Positions 30,217-42,554 of a DNA stretch of 64,000 bases are shown in pieces. The DNA is from Diplonema japonicum (taxonomy: Eukaryota > Protista > Euglenozoa: Diplonemea). The translations under genes were made by a program, and so were the position numbers. The DNA lies in contig OZ025664.1 of assembly GCA_964019335.1 (NCBI GenBank), positions 620,001 to 684,000 of the forward strand. Reading direction: 5' to 3'. How positions within the stretch are numbered: the first letter of the stretch is position 1; the number at the start of each line of letters is the position of its first letter. Under the pieces are notes generated by a model. The model made no database searches. It saw only the letters and a list, made by a program, of their open reading frames with translations, and was not told the DNA's origin.

Positions 30217-31632
30217 ATGGCTGTCTCGGGGAGGACACCGTGCAGAAACAGCAAGCTGCAATGGTTCGATTGGGAAACTAAAAGGTTCGTGGACATTTGG
30301 GCGCAGTCGGACGCGGGGTCACTGTGTTGTTTCACTACGTCTAGCCCCGTGTTCTCAAAGCTGGTGTGCCGGCCATTGTATTTTAAACATGTAAACGCTT
30401 ACCTCCCCACGAAGGGTGCACTCCTAGGACGCAAGACTATTGGCCACCTGGACAAGGATTTTATCTTTGCATTTGAAACCTGCAGGCCAGGGGTTGAAGC
30501 TTCTAGAATTGACTCCAGCAGAACGGACTTCCAGATCTTCCGATGTGGGTCCAAGCAGAGTTACAACAACTGGATGATTCACTTCGACAGCATCCCTGTC
30601 TTGTCAGAGCTGAGGAAGAGCATTTGCCACTCATTCCCCGACCCACAGGCCTTCCACAAGACACTAGACAGCCGTGAACACCGTATCCCCAAAGGAAGAT
30701 CCTTCTCCTTCAAGCCCGCTATTGAAAGCATGCCGACACGTTACTGGCGGTGCACCGGGAAGGTGGCCAACATGGGACGGTCACGTGACAAGAGCAACTC
30801 TCCCGAGGGTATTAAACGGTCTTTGACGCCGAAGGATAGTTTGCTTCGGACGCCGAAAGAGAACACCTTTCGAGGTGCCAGCACACCAAACGAGAAGCCT
30901 CTACGCACTCCAAAGGAGTTCATCCTGCACTCTGTTGGTAAGTCTAGCTTCCACAGGAACAATACGGACAGCGGTGCAGTAAAGATAAGGAGCGGCAGTG
31001 TGGGGCAGAACCGTATTAAGAAAGCGTCGCCTACGCCAAGCAGCACGAGAATGCCGTCTCCAGGTGGGTTGCCGCCTGGCGCGTTTGCGAATAGTTGTTG
31101 TTTGCTGCTAGAAGCGGAGATGAGGGAAAAGACAGAGAGACACCGACGGATAGAGAACGACCTTTATGTGAGAATCGAGGAGCTGGAAATGAAGCTCAGG
31201 GAGAAGGAGAGGGAGGCCCAGAGGGAAAGAGAGAGATCGAAGGAAAGGGAACACAGCAGGTTGAAGGCTTTGGCAACCGCGCCAAGTAATGACTTCGAGT
31301 CTCGTTTGGAAGTGGAGAAGAAGGCATGGGTGCTGTGCATGCAGAACGAGGTCAAATCACAGTGGGAACAGGTAGAGGCATCGGTGAAGAAGAAGGACGA
31401 CCTGATTATTCAGCAGAAAAGTAGAATCGAAGAACTGGAGCGGGTCATCGCTATCACCACTCCATGTCAGTCCCCCATGCAGTCCCAGAGGTCACGTGTG
31501 GACACATATATTAAGAACCAGCTTTCACCAGTGCAGCAAGAGTCTCTTCTCGATCTTGATGCTCAGCTTGATTTTATCTTGGAAGAGGCTAATGACCTCT
31601 ACCCGGAGGAACACAGAGAGGGCTTCGCGTGA
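30217..31632 (+). CDS. Hypothetical protein (possible N-terminal PH-like domain, C-terminal coiled coil)
   Basis: FRCGSKQSYNNWM resembles the PH terminal helix; E/K/R heptads. Confidence 0.6.
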   Translation: MAVSGRTPCRNSKLQWFDWETKRFVDIWAQSDAGSLCCFTTSSPVFSKLVCRPLYFKHVNAYLPTKGALLGRKTIGHLDKDFIFAFETCRPGVEASRIDSSRTDFQIFRCGSKQSYNNWMIHFDSIPVLSELRKSICHSFPDPQAFHKTLDSREHRIPKGRSFSFKPAIESMPTRYWRCTGKVANMGRSRDKSNSPEGIKRSLTPKDSLLRTPKENTFRGASTPNEKPLRTPKEFILHSVGKSSFHRNNTDSGAVKIRSGSVGQNRIKKASPTPSSTRMPSPGGLPPGAFANSCCLLLEAEMREKTERHRRIENDLYVRIEELEMKLREKEREAQRERERSKEREHSRLKALATAPSNDFESRLEVEKKAWVLCMQNEVKSQWEQVEASVKKKDDLIIQQKSRIEELERVIAITTPCQSPMQSQRSRVDTYIKNQLSPVQQESLLDLDAQLDFILEEANDLYPEEHREGFA

Positions 31633-31740
31633 GAAGTAGTCTTTGAAGAAAGAAAGGTAGGAACACTAACAGACATTTTCTTTGAACAAATATTTTTTGG
31701 GTGGTGGGGATAACACAGAAATATGGAAATATAAAGAAGT

Positions 31741-31982
31741 ACATCAGATGTGTTGTTCGCTGTTGACCTCCACGTCGGTCATCACCGGTAGCGGCCGAGT
31801 GGAAGAACGTATCGCAGATGCTCAGGGTGACGAACAGGCAGCAAACTGCACGGGCTCAGAATCTTGGTTACCAGGGGCACCATGGCTGGGGTTGAGTTGC
31901 ACACCGCACGCATTAAGGACACGACGCGAAACGCAGAAGAAGCTACAACTAGGCCGAGGCGCGCCCCCTGTAATCAAGTAGA
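31741..31982. repeat. ~240-bp dispersed repeat, copy 1
   Basis: Gap-free alignment at ~90% identity to 41238-41479; shared upstream GGTGGTGGGGATAACA. Confidence 0.9.
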
Positions 31983-32099
31983 TGATACTTGTGCAGGGCG
32001 CCCTGCCACATACTGCAGGCACCCTTAAATAGTCTCTTTTTTTTTTTCCGGCTGTGCACAAACAACAATCAACCGACTCTTTTTTTTTTTTTTTTTTTA

Positions 32100-33657
32100 C
32101 TGTAAAACGAAAAACTCCCGGACGGAAAAATGTCCGAGTTTTTTTAGTGTCCGGGAATTTTTCCGTCCGGGAATTTTTTTTAGGTAAGGCCGTCAGGGGG
32201 CCTGGTCCACTACCATACCACCGCGCGAAGAAACCCCCAGGGTTCCCTTTCTGCATCTTTGTCTTCCTTTGCTGCCCCTGAGGCAATCAGCTTGTAGCCT
32301 TCGTGTGGCCTACTACCTTTCTTAATAGATGCTTTACAGCTGCGTTCAACCCAATATCCATCGGTTGAACCATGTAGGTGAGCCCAGGGGGACAAAAGCA
32401 ATGTGCACGTTTGCGCCTGCGAACAACTCTACGAACCCATAGGCATAGGTCGTGTGAGAGGTGTAGTCGCCGCAGCAGAATTCGGCAAAACCATGGGAAT
32501 CGATGATTTATAGCAAAAAGGAAGAAACAGCTCCGTAACCCGAGTATCATAATTAGCCCAATGATTGGGCGATGCCGCTAGGCTCCATTCGATGGGCGGG
32601 TGCTTGACCTGGGCACGGATAGTCCCTGCCGGTTGCGTTTCCGCTTTGCCTTTGTATTTAAGTTGCGGTGCAACCCATCCAGCCAAGGAAACAGCCAGCT
32701 GTTCAGTTATAGCCCGTTTTGTCCCCCAAACCACGTACTCTTACGACCTTAGCACCCCTTTTCGTTTTAGTTTTTAACCCCGTATTCCAGACCAATTCCG
32801 GCCTTACTTTATGGGTGTCGATTATGGACCTGAATTCCATGGAGAAACAGCATGCCCTCTCGTCCTTCTCGTTTTCGGGCTTTGTCTTTCTTGCTGCAAA
32901 GTTTTGTCAGCCTAGCCAGTGGAAAAGGATAGTGCCCCACCAAAGTCTACCAGGTATGTCTTTCGGGCTGGATTGGCGCGCAGCAGCCCTTCTGCATAGG
33001 TGCATATTTGTTGTGCTGGGATAGGCTCGCCAAGCCCGTTTTACCTATCGACTCAAGCAAAAACCTTTCAGCCCCCGAAGGATGCTAAATCCCGTATTGG
33101 GCGATACGCTGCTATCACGGCGTCGCGGCGGCCAGGGTGTGGTAGGGTGGAATAGCAACGTCCAGTATTTCCGTCTGGAAGAAACTGGGGGCTCTGTTGA
33201 ACCTGTTCCCGCCAAGCTGCTTTCGGGGGTTTGTACTGGCCTTCTCGGCCCCGTGTAAGGAGTTTATCTCCTCCACCTCTCGGGGGTGAGCTGGCCGGGG
33301 TGTCAGCACCAAAGTTGGGCCCTTCACAAGTCAGCTGCTCAACGTGCCTTGGGTAGTCGAACTGGTCAATTTGACGAAAGAAGTACAGGTTTATGAGAAG
33401 TTAAAGATCCCATGGGTGCTGTTTGTTGGTGCATTGAAAGGGGAAGAAAAATTCAAGCTGCCACGCAGGGTAAACATTTTGGCTCTGCACAAGGAATAAA
33501 GCCCTTCCAGGCAAACGTGGTGGGAGCTGCTACCCCCCCTTAAGTAAAAAAACTTCTTCCCAGAAAAACTCCCGGACGGAAAAATGTCCGGGTTTTTTTG
33601 GTGTTCGGGAGTTTTTCTGTCCGAGAATTTTTCCGTCCGACATTACTCGTTTTACAG
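32100..33657 (-). mobile_element. Degenerate pogo/Tc2-like (Tc1/mariner superfamily) DNA transposon
   Basis: TA|CTGTAAAACGA...TCGTTTTACAG|TA termini, subterminal CGGACGGAAAAAT repeats; minus-strand DDE_1 fragments SPNHWAN and PPGLTYMVQPMDIGLNAAVK in different frames. Confidence 0.88.
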
Positions 33658-34394
33658 TATTTTTTTCTTAGGCGATCCTGTCACATACTGCAGGTTCCCT
33701 TCAAAGACATCTTTTTTTTGTACATTTCCATTAGTCGCCTGCAAAGGGCAACCCCCTCCCCCTTTTTTTGCTCCCCCCCTTCGTTTTTAAAGATCCTCTT
33801 TTTTTTCTTTTAGTACCTAACGTATTTTCTTTTTTCTTGTCCTCCCTCTCCACTTCCTTTGTTTTTTTCGAAGATGCTATTTTTTTTTATGGCACTTCTG
33901 TGCTATAGACTGAACGCAAGGACGCCTTACAAGAGGCCGTCACTTCTTCTTTGCCCCCCTTATCCCCTTTATATTGCCCCCCCCCCCCCCCCTCCTTTTT
34001 CGAAAACAACAACAACTAAAAGAACAGTAATTTCTTTCCCCTTCTTTTTTTCCTTTTCTTCCCTTCCCGCTCTTCTAAAACGTTCGTAATTGTAAAAGGT
34101 GTCAACCCTCCCCCATTTTTTTTTCTCTCCCTTTCATCGTATTAGGGGTGAGGGTACTGGAGAATGAAAGACAAAAAAAAAAAAAAAAAAGAAAACCGCC
34201 ACCATACAAGAGGACTTGTATGGGGAAAAAAAAAGAAGAAGAAAAAAAGCTGGAGAGGGTTTTTTCCACGCACTGTTGAATCTCCTTACTATTATTATTC
34301 CACCCCTCCCCATCCCTTTTTTTTTTTACATCACCCCTAAAGGCGGAGAGAGAGAGAGAGGGCGGGCGGGGGGTGAGAGGTGGAAGGTGTTAAT

Positions 34395-35397
34395 ATGGCG
34401 GGGGTGGACATCGCCTCGTTGATAGGTGCATCACCGACAGCACCCAGAAGCACGAAGCAGAGGCCCGCATACAAGGTATAATGGGGAAAAAAGAAAAAAA
34501 AAAAAAAAAAAAAAAAAAGCTATCGGTTGAACTGCTTGCAACGTACAAACGGATAAATGACATGTTCTACGCAAGGAAGAGGAAAGAGAGCGCCGCTAAG
34601 CGTAGTGGCAACGGACGGATTTTCAACGAGGGTTTCGACGACGACGGTGGGAACTACGTGGTGCAGATAGGGGAGGAGATTGCACAACGGTACATCGTTC
34701 AAGACATCTTAGGAAAGGGCTCCTTCGGTGTGGTTGTGAAGGCACATGACCACAGGAGAGACGAAAACGTTGCTCTGAAGGTCATCAAAAACAAGCCGCA
34801 ATTCACCGCACAAGCTAAAATCGAGATCGACATCCTCAGCAAGCTTGTGCACCACTCCAAGGAGGACAACAACATCGTGGTCCTCAAAAAATACTTCACG
34901 TGGAAGAACCACCTCTGCCTTGTTTTCGAGCTGCTGTCCTTTAACCTCTACGACCTCATAAAATACACTAAGTTCTGTGGGGTGTCGCTCACATTGATCC
35001 GGAAATTCGCGTACCAGATCCTCAAAACTCTGGAGTTTCTTGCGCAACCATCTCTCCAAATTATACACTGCGACTTGAAACCCGAGAATATCCTGTTGAA
35101 AAACCCCAAAAGGTCGGGTATTAAGGTTTGTCGAACTTGGGGCCAGGAGAAGGGGGGAAAAAAAACACAGGTGGTTGATTTCGGTTCTTCTTGCTACCTG
35201 ACAAAGAGGATGTTTAAGTATATCCAGTCACGGTTTTATCGTGCGCCGGAGGTATTTTTTTCTTCCTTCTTTTTTTGTCCTGGACAACAAAACAAAAACA
35301 AAAAAAAAAAAAAGGTGATTCTTGGGTTAACTTATGACTGCGCAATCGATATGTGGTCATTGGGGTGTATATTAGTAGAAATGCATACTGGGTATTG

Positions 35398-35430
<33 letters not shown>

Positions 35431-35753
35431 TTCCCTATTTTTGACGGACGGGACGAGGCCGACCAGCTCTTGAAGATGCACGCAACTATCGGGTCGCTTC
35501 CCGAGAGTGTTGTCTCTAGAGCATCTACCAAGAAGAAGCAGCAGTTGCTAGAGCAAACTGACACGGGGTTCAAGTTGAAGCAGCTGGTGAACGGGGTAAA
35601 CCCCAAAGCAAAGACACTGGAGGAAGTTCTCGGGGCGAATAAAGGGGGTCCGTTAGGGAGACGAAAGGGGCAGCCGGGCCACTCGCCCGAAGACTATAAG
35701 ATGTTCATCGACTTGATCAACTTGATACTAAAATATGACCCAAGCGAGGTATG

Positions 35754-35788
<35 letters not shown>

Positions 35789-35996
35789 ACAGCGCATCAC
35801 ACCCACCGAAGCCCTAAAGCACCCCTTTGTCGCATCCTTCTCTGAACAGGCAGAAAAGGAGAAAATCCTTGAACCGAAGCCCGTCTCTACCCCAGACTCT
35901 GCATCCCGACAGCCCCCCTCAGCTTCTAGTATATCTGCCATAAAACCAGAGGCTCGGCACATAGACCCAACCGAGACAGCCCCCCTCAGTAGTTAG
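34395..35996 (+). CDS. DYRK1-like dual-specificity kinase, 5 introns (34476-34519, 35126-35170, 35252-35314, 35392-35429, 35749-35792)
   Basis: K|[22 protein letters not shown] box, [32 protein letters not shown]. Confidence 0.95.
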
Positions 35997-36210
35997 AGAT
36001 GAGACGACTTGGGGGAGGTAGGAGGGGGCGGGAAAGAGGGGGGTTTTTTTATTCATTACGGGGACTTATTGTGTTTTATTGTTACTATTATTATTATTAT
36101 TATTATTTTTTTTTTTTACACTTTTTTTTTCATGTTTTCTCCCCCCCCCCCCCCAACACCACGCATCCCCTCACTCTTCCTTTGGACCACGATCCGCGAA
36201 GATAAATTGG

Positions 36211-36250
<40 letters not shown>

Positions 36251-37438
36251 GAGAAAAGAGAATAATGGTCTTTGAGGATTTCAAAGGATAAACGCTGAGC
36301 AGGTTTGAGGGACTATTAGTGTAGGCATGGTTTTTGGGAATTACATCCACATTCGTGTGCATCATAATTTTTTTTTATGAAAACTACTTTTCTATTCTTT
36401 TACATCTCACACAAGATACGAGGTTAACCTTCTCTTCTCCTCTGCCTGGGGTGGTTTATATATTTTCCTGTGCGATGAACCAAAAAAAAAAAAAGAAAAG
36501 AAAAGTAAAACAGAACGGACTTACAACGAGTTGATATACAAGATGTCCTTCCCTTATTTCAGTATTAAAGAAAAGAGAAACAGAATTTGTTTCCCCCCCT
36601 CCCCCCCGCTTTTTTTTTTAGATAATTTCTTTTTTTTTTTCTTTTCTCCCCTTTTTTCCTTTCTCTCCCCCCTTCAATATTACTTCTGGGGGAGAAATGA
36701 TTTTTTTTTAAAAGGTTGTAAAAAAAGAAAAGGTTGGAAAGTTGTATTTCTTTGGGTGGGGGGGGGGGGGGGGAGAGACGAGGAAAAGGGAAGGAAGACC
36801 CGCCCAATGATTTAAATTATTCTTCAGATATATAATGTTCACTTCATTCCCCCTTCCCCTTTCCCTCCAAAGAAGAAAAGATAAGATGAAGAAAAATAGA
36901 AAGTGAAAAAGAAAAAGAAAAAGAAAAAGAAAAAGATGCCCCCCTTTTTTTATTCAAACAGAGGATGAAGATCAGACAGGACAGTTTTTCAAGTTGGATG
37001 TAAAGGTAACAAAGGGACTGCAGAAAATATTTACCGTTGAAGAGCAAGAGAGCCTTTCCAGTGAACGCTCCAGCTGTGCGCGAACCTCGAAGGCTGAGGA
37101 ACGAGAAGGCACCGTTTAGGCTAGCTGGTGAGTGGGAAAGCGCGTACCCGCCCATGAATGTTTGGTTTTTTTTTTTTCTTCTCTTTTTCCCCCTCCCTCC
37201 CCCCCTTTTTTTTCTTCATTCCTGTAAAACCCATGACCATATTTACCTTTTTTTTTTCTTTTTTTTTCCCCCCCAACTCTAAAAAAAAAAACAAAAAAAA
37301 ATACCAGGCAGAGGGGGGGGAAAAAAAACAAAAGAAAAAGAGAAAAAAAAAAAAAGAAACCCAGACAAGAAAAGAAAAGGAACAGGAAGAATAGAAACAC
37401 CAGAAGAGAGAACTATAAAGAAATAAAAAGAGAGCAAG

Positions 37439-38452
37439 ATGGGTGCTGAAGTGCTCTCTGATCATGAGTTTTCGCAGAGGTTGTCCAACATGTATAATAA
37501 GTACAAGAAGGCCTGCTTGGCATTGGTATGGTGCAAGGATTGTAAATTTTAGCAAACACGCAGGTGCCAATGTACGTGACTAGGATCAAGGCCGAGGAAA
37601 GGAGGGGTTTTTTAACAGATCTGGTTAACAAGGTGTGAAAAGATAAAAAAGAAAAAAAGGAAATCTGGCCACAGTTCGGTCCCGAGCCACCGCTTGATCC
37701 CAACCAGCCTGTGCCTGAGGCCCCTGCAGTGAAGCCGTCCCCGCCAATCTTTGACACGCACTCTGAAGAAGAAAAAACCATGCGAATGCCGAAGCAGCCG
37801 CCCTCTTTCGTCGCACCTATACCAACTCCTAAGTTCATTGTCCCTGCTCCACACCCCAACATCCCTCAGCCCCAGGTGGCTAAGTCCTGTATCAGGTGCT
37901 CCCGCTCCCGTATCAAGGGTGTTGACTGCTCGCAGAACAATGATTCGCACTTTGTGTGTGATACGTGTTACGCTGCCCTCTCCAACACAGAGGGCAGCAA
38001 CAAGGGGGTCAGGTGCCCTTCCGCTGACTGCAAGAAGATGCTGCCTAAGAAAAGAGCACCCAAGGAAAAGCGGTCTGACCCCCACACCAACGGCAATGAT
38101 GGGGCTGTGCCCGCGCAGCAGCTCAATGGGATGAACAACGTGCAGCAAATGATGCAGCTGCAGATGCTCCAACAGCAGCAACCGCTTCAAGTGCAGATGC
38201 TTCAGCAACAGCAGTTCCAGCAGCAGCAGCAGCAGCAACAACAACAACAGCAGCAGCAGCAACAGCAGCAACAGCAGAAGCAGCAGCAGCAGCCACAGCA
38301 ACAACAACAGCAACAGCAACAACAACAACAACAACAACAACAGCAGCAGCAGCAACCACAGTTGCAACAGCAGCACCAACAGCAACAGATTGCACAGCTC
38401 GTGATGCAAATGCAGCAACGGCAGTTGCAGCAGCAGCAACAGCAGCAGCAGC

Positions 38453-38487
<35 letters not shown>

Positions 38488-39364
38488 CCACAGCAGCAGC
38501 AGTCCCAGATGCAGCAGCAAAACACGGCGCAGATGATGCTACAGCAACTACAGCAGCAGCAGCAATTGCAACAGCAGCAGTTGCAGCAACTCCAGCTTGG
38601 GTTACTGCCTCAGCCTCAGCTCCAGCAACTTCAACTCCAGCAGCAGCAGCAGCAGCAACAGCAACAGCAGCAGCAGCAACAGCAGATGCTGCTTAAGCTG
38701 TACATGGCGGGGCAGCAACACCAGCAGTCTCTGATGCAGTCACATGCCATCCGCCCAGCTGTACCCCCCGAGAACACCAGTGGCAACGCCACCCCTAACG
38801 GGGCAACCCTCTCGCCACCCATGCAGCCCGTGGCATCGCCGGTGCAGACCAACGCAGCAGGAGTGCTGTCGCCGGCACCCGGTCAGCAGCATGAAGAAAT
38901 CCCCACACCACCGCCACGCTCGCCGCCCTTGCAAACAACACCCCAGCCTGTCATATACAAGGCACAGTCCACACCGAAGAAGGACAAGGACAAGGACAAG
39001 GAGGCTCAGGTATGCAGAGGGCCATTGAAACCATGACACAGCCAAACCCGAACACACGATGGAATGGGGCACCGCCACCGAAGAAAGCAACCTCTGGTGA
39101 GGACAAGGACAAGGACAAGGACAGGGACAAGGAGGACAAGCCGAAGAAGCCACCGACAAGGGAGGAGAAGGACTGGGAGGAGAAGTGCAAGGCGTACAGG
39201 ACAAACACAAAGGTGTACAACAAGGGTGTCAACATCCTGAAGATAGAGGTCAAGCTCATCGGGGAGTCGGTATGCATTCGGGGAGGGGTTTACCACCATC
39301 ACAGAACGAAGCGTGGGGTAAAGGGAGGGGAAGGCCATTGCCCGGAAAGCGTGTTCTCACATAG
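37439..39364 (+). CDS. RING-type zinc finger protein with long polyglutamine tract, multi-exon; ends uncertain
   Basis: C-x2-C...C...H-x2-C-x2-C...CP-x3-C; predicted GT-AG introns near 37526, 37633, 39010, 39270. Confidence 0.65.
38140..38720 (+). repeat. CAG/CAA coding repeat (polyQ)
   Basis: Directly visible. Confidence 0.95.
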
Positions 39365-39693
39365 TGCGACTCACACTCTGTACTCGTTGCGAGTCACTCC
39401 GACTTCGAACAAAGTGTCAAACATGCTGTTTTGGTAAAACAGCTTTAATCTTTTTTATACCAGTTGGGGGGTTTTTTTTTATTCTAAAAAGAAGAATAAA
39501 GGATTTCTTTTGTAAATCTCTGTTCTCTTCCTTTTTGGCTGTCAGCTTCGCCTTTTCTTTTTTTTTTCTTCTTTGTCTTCCTTGTTCCTCTATTCTCTCT
39601 ATTAATAAAGGTGTCGTAGCCTTCGTGCACTAGAGGGTTTCGAAGTGAACAAGGTGCGTTCCCCTCTCCTCTCTTTTTCGCTCTCATCCCCTC

Positions 39694-39724
<31 letters not shown>

Positions 39725-39956
39725 CTTCTTCTTTTTTTTTTTTTTTTTTTTTTTTTACGCGCCGTAATTCAGGGAGGGTGTGAGGTGAATGCGGTGTGCT
39801 ATCTTTCTATTTCTTTTGTACAAATATGGTATTCTCTTTTCATCCCTCTTTTTTTTTCTTCTTCTTTTTTTTTTCTTCTTTTTATTCCCCTCTTTTGTTT
39901 TTTTTTCTTTCTTTCTTTGTCCCAATCCCCACCAATTGTTGAGGCATATATCAGTG

Positions 39957-40014
<58 letters not shown>

Positions 40015-41162
40015 TTCCCGTTCTTATAATGGACCAAGAAGACATACAAGTCCATAAGAAAACATAAGGTATACTTGTGACGAAAAGAAAAGCAAAAAAA
40101 AAAAAAAGAAAAAAAAAAGAAAAAATAAAAAAAAACATGAGGTCATCTGTCGCCCAAGCGTTTCCTAAGGATTTGAGCAAAAGGTCTGTTGATGGTTAGC
40201 AAAAACGATTTTTTGGGGGCTTTTTTAAATTATACGAGTTTTCCCCCCTCGACTAAAAAAGGAAAAAAAAAAGTTTTCTACCCACTCTGGGTTGGAGGAT
40301 TTTTTTTTATTCCCCTTTCCTTGAGCCGTACTTTGCCGATTGCTTTTCTAGAGAAAAAAATAGAAATTGAAAAAAAAAAAAAAAAAAAAAAAAAGAAGAA
40401 GAAAAAACAAAGTTGACACATTAAAAAAAAAAAAAAGAAAAAAGAAAAAAAAGTTTTTCCGCGCACCCCCAGCCCCCTCCTCTTGTTCAAGGCAAGTGAC
40501 CCATTTTTGAATATTTCTGAGGAGGGGTGAAAGGAAAAAAAAAAGAAAAAAAAGCAGGCAGTTCAGGCAAAAGGAAATTTGCTTGGATTTGCCCTCCCCT
40601 CCACCCCCTTTTTTTTTATTTGATTTCTTAACGAGGGATTTGCTAGGTGTGCTACCCCCCTAGTTACACCTATCTCATCTCGCATTCACACACCCCCTCC
40701 CCTATTTTCTCTTTTCCTGCCACTCTGTTATACTTTGCACTAGCCCATCTCCCCCCCCCCCTTTTTTTGTTGCTCCAGCAGTAACAGCGCCAACAACGGC
40801 CTTTTTTTTCCAATCCTCCCTCGCCCCAGCTCCAACCGGGTATAGTACTCAAAAGGGTATTTTTTTAAGAAAAAAAGGGGGGGGTGAACAAATCTGGTAA
40901 CTATTCACATTGCCTACCTCAAAAAAGCTAATGGGAGGAGGGCAAAGTGTCTCTTTGTTGGGTGGTCCCCCCCCCCCCCCCCCCCCTTGAATGTATTACA
41001 ATTTTTTTCTCGCTTTCAGGGAAAACTTTACTTTTAAAAAAAAAGTTGAAGCACTCCCTTTCGACCTTCCCCTCCCATTCCCTTTTTTTATTTACGTGCC
41101 TTTAAAATGAAAATCAAAGTTTTTCTATAATACCACTTCAGGTATCAATTTTTTTCTGGTCC

Positions 41163-41194
<32 letters not shown>

Positions 41195-41237
41195 CTGGTT
41201 TTCCAGGTGGTGGGGATAACATGAAAATATAAGAAAA

Positions 41238-41479
41238 ACATCAGATGTGTTGTTCGCTGTTGACCTCCTCGTCGGTCATCACCGGTAGCGCCCGAGTGGA
41301 AGAACATAATGCAGATGCTCAGGGTGACGAACAGGCAGCAAACTGCACGAGCGCAGAATCTTGGTTACCCGGGACGCACCGGCTGGGGTTGAGCTGTACA
41401 CCGCACGCATTAAGGACACGACGCGAAACGCAGAAGAAGCTACAACTCGGCCGCGGCGCGCCCCCTGTAATCAAGTAGA
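41238..41479. repeat. ~240-bp dispersed repeat, copy 2
   Basis: See copy 1 at 31741-31982. Confidence 0.9.
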
Positions 41480-42292
41480 CAGTTCTTGTAGGGCGCCGCC
41501 AACACCGGCCTCCTTTAACTCATATATTTTTTTTTGCACATTCACTACTCAGCCCGCCTGCCTATTGCCCTTTGGGGTAAAATTCATAAATCTGGGCAGA
41601 GATTAGAGATGCGCGCCTTTCTTTTTTTTTTCTCCTCCCTCTTATTGACACCTGTCAATTTGTGCCACCCTTCTCCCCTTTGTGTGTGTGGTGTAATATA
41701 TTTCCATTTTTTTTTTTTTGTTTTTTTACATTTTTTTTTTAAACCTAGCTTCTTGTTGCCCTCAGGGTCGGTTAGCTGGCGCGAAGAGTGACAAGGAAGA
41801 AAAAAAAGAATAAAAAAAAGAAGAGAGAAAGGAGAAGAAAAAAAAAAAAAAAAAAAAGACCTCCTTATACGCCTCACACCCCTATTTAAAAGTGTTTTTT
41901 TCCCCCCCTCCTTTTTTTTTCTTCCATTTACCTCTAGGGGAGCTCATGCTGGCGAAGAGCAATCTAACAAATTTCTTTTTCACCCCCCCCTTGTCATATG
42001 TAAAAGTTTGCAAGATACTCAATGAACTGGGGTGTGCTAGCATCTTTGCAGCTTTCGCATGCACGGGGTATACCTAAACTATAGTAGAAAGAAAATATGA
42101 TTTGTGCCCATCCCCCCTTCCCCCATTTTTTTTTCTTTTTTTTTTTCTTCCACTTTTCTCCCTTGCGTCACGGGGTTCGCTACCTTTTTCTTGTTTAATC
42201 ACTTTTCAACAGCGCAAAGGGGGAGAAGGGGGGGGGGGGGGGAGGGTAACTAGAAACCACGGTATTTTTTTTTATATTTCTTGTTTTGTTCA

Positions 42293-42341
<49 letters not shown>

Positions 42342-42500
42342 GGAAGTAACAATTTCTCATTTTTTTTGTACTTTTTTTTTTCCCCTCCAAAAAAAAAATT
42401 TTTTTTTTCTTTTCAAACAACAATACCAAGACAAAAGAAGCATAAATATTTTTGAAAAATTAAAAAAGGTTTTCGGCAGTTCCCTTGGAAAGAAACGAGG

Positions 42501-42554
<54 letters not shown>

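Noticed and set aside
32111-32180. Short repeat arrays considered as CRISPR-like
   Set aside because: No unique spacers; explained as transposon subterminal repeats in a eukaryote
36264-37438. Possible small exons (QFFKLDVK|SKRAFPVNAP...) ending in TAA 12 nt before the RING/polyQ ATG, suggesting readthrough or codon reassignment
   Set aside because: Exon chain could not be assembled consistently; TAA, TAG and TGA all end well-supported genes in this window
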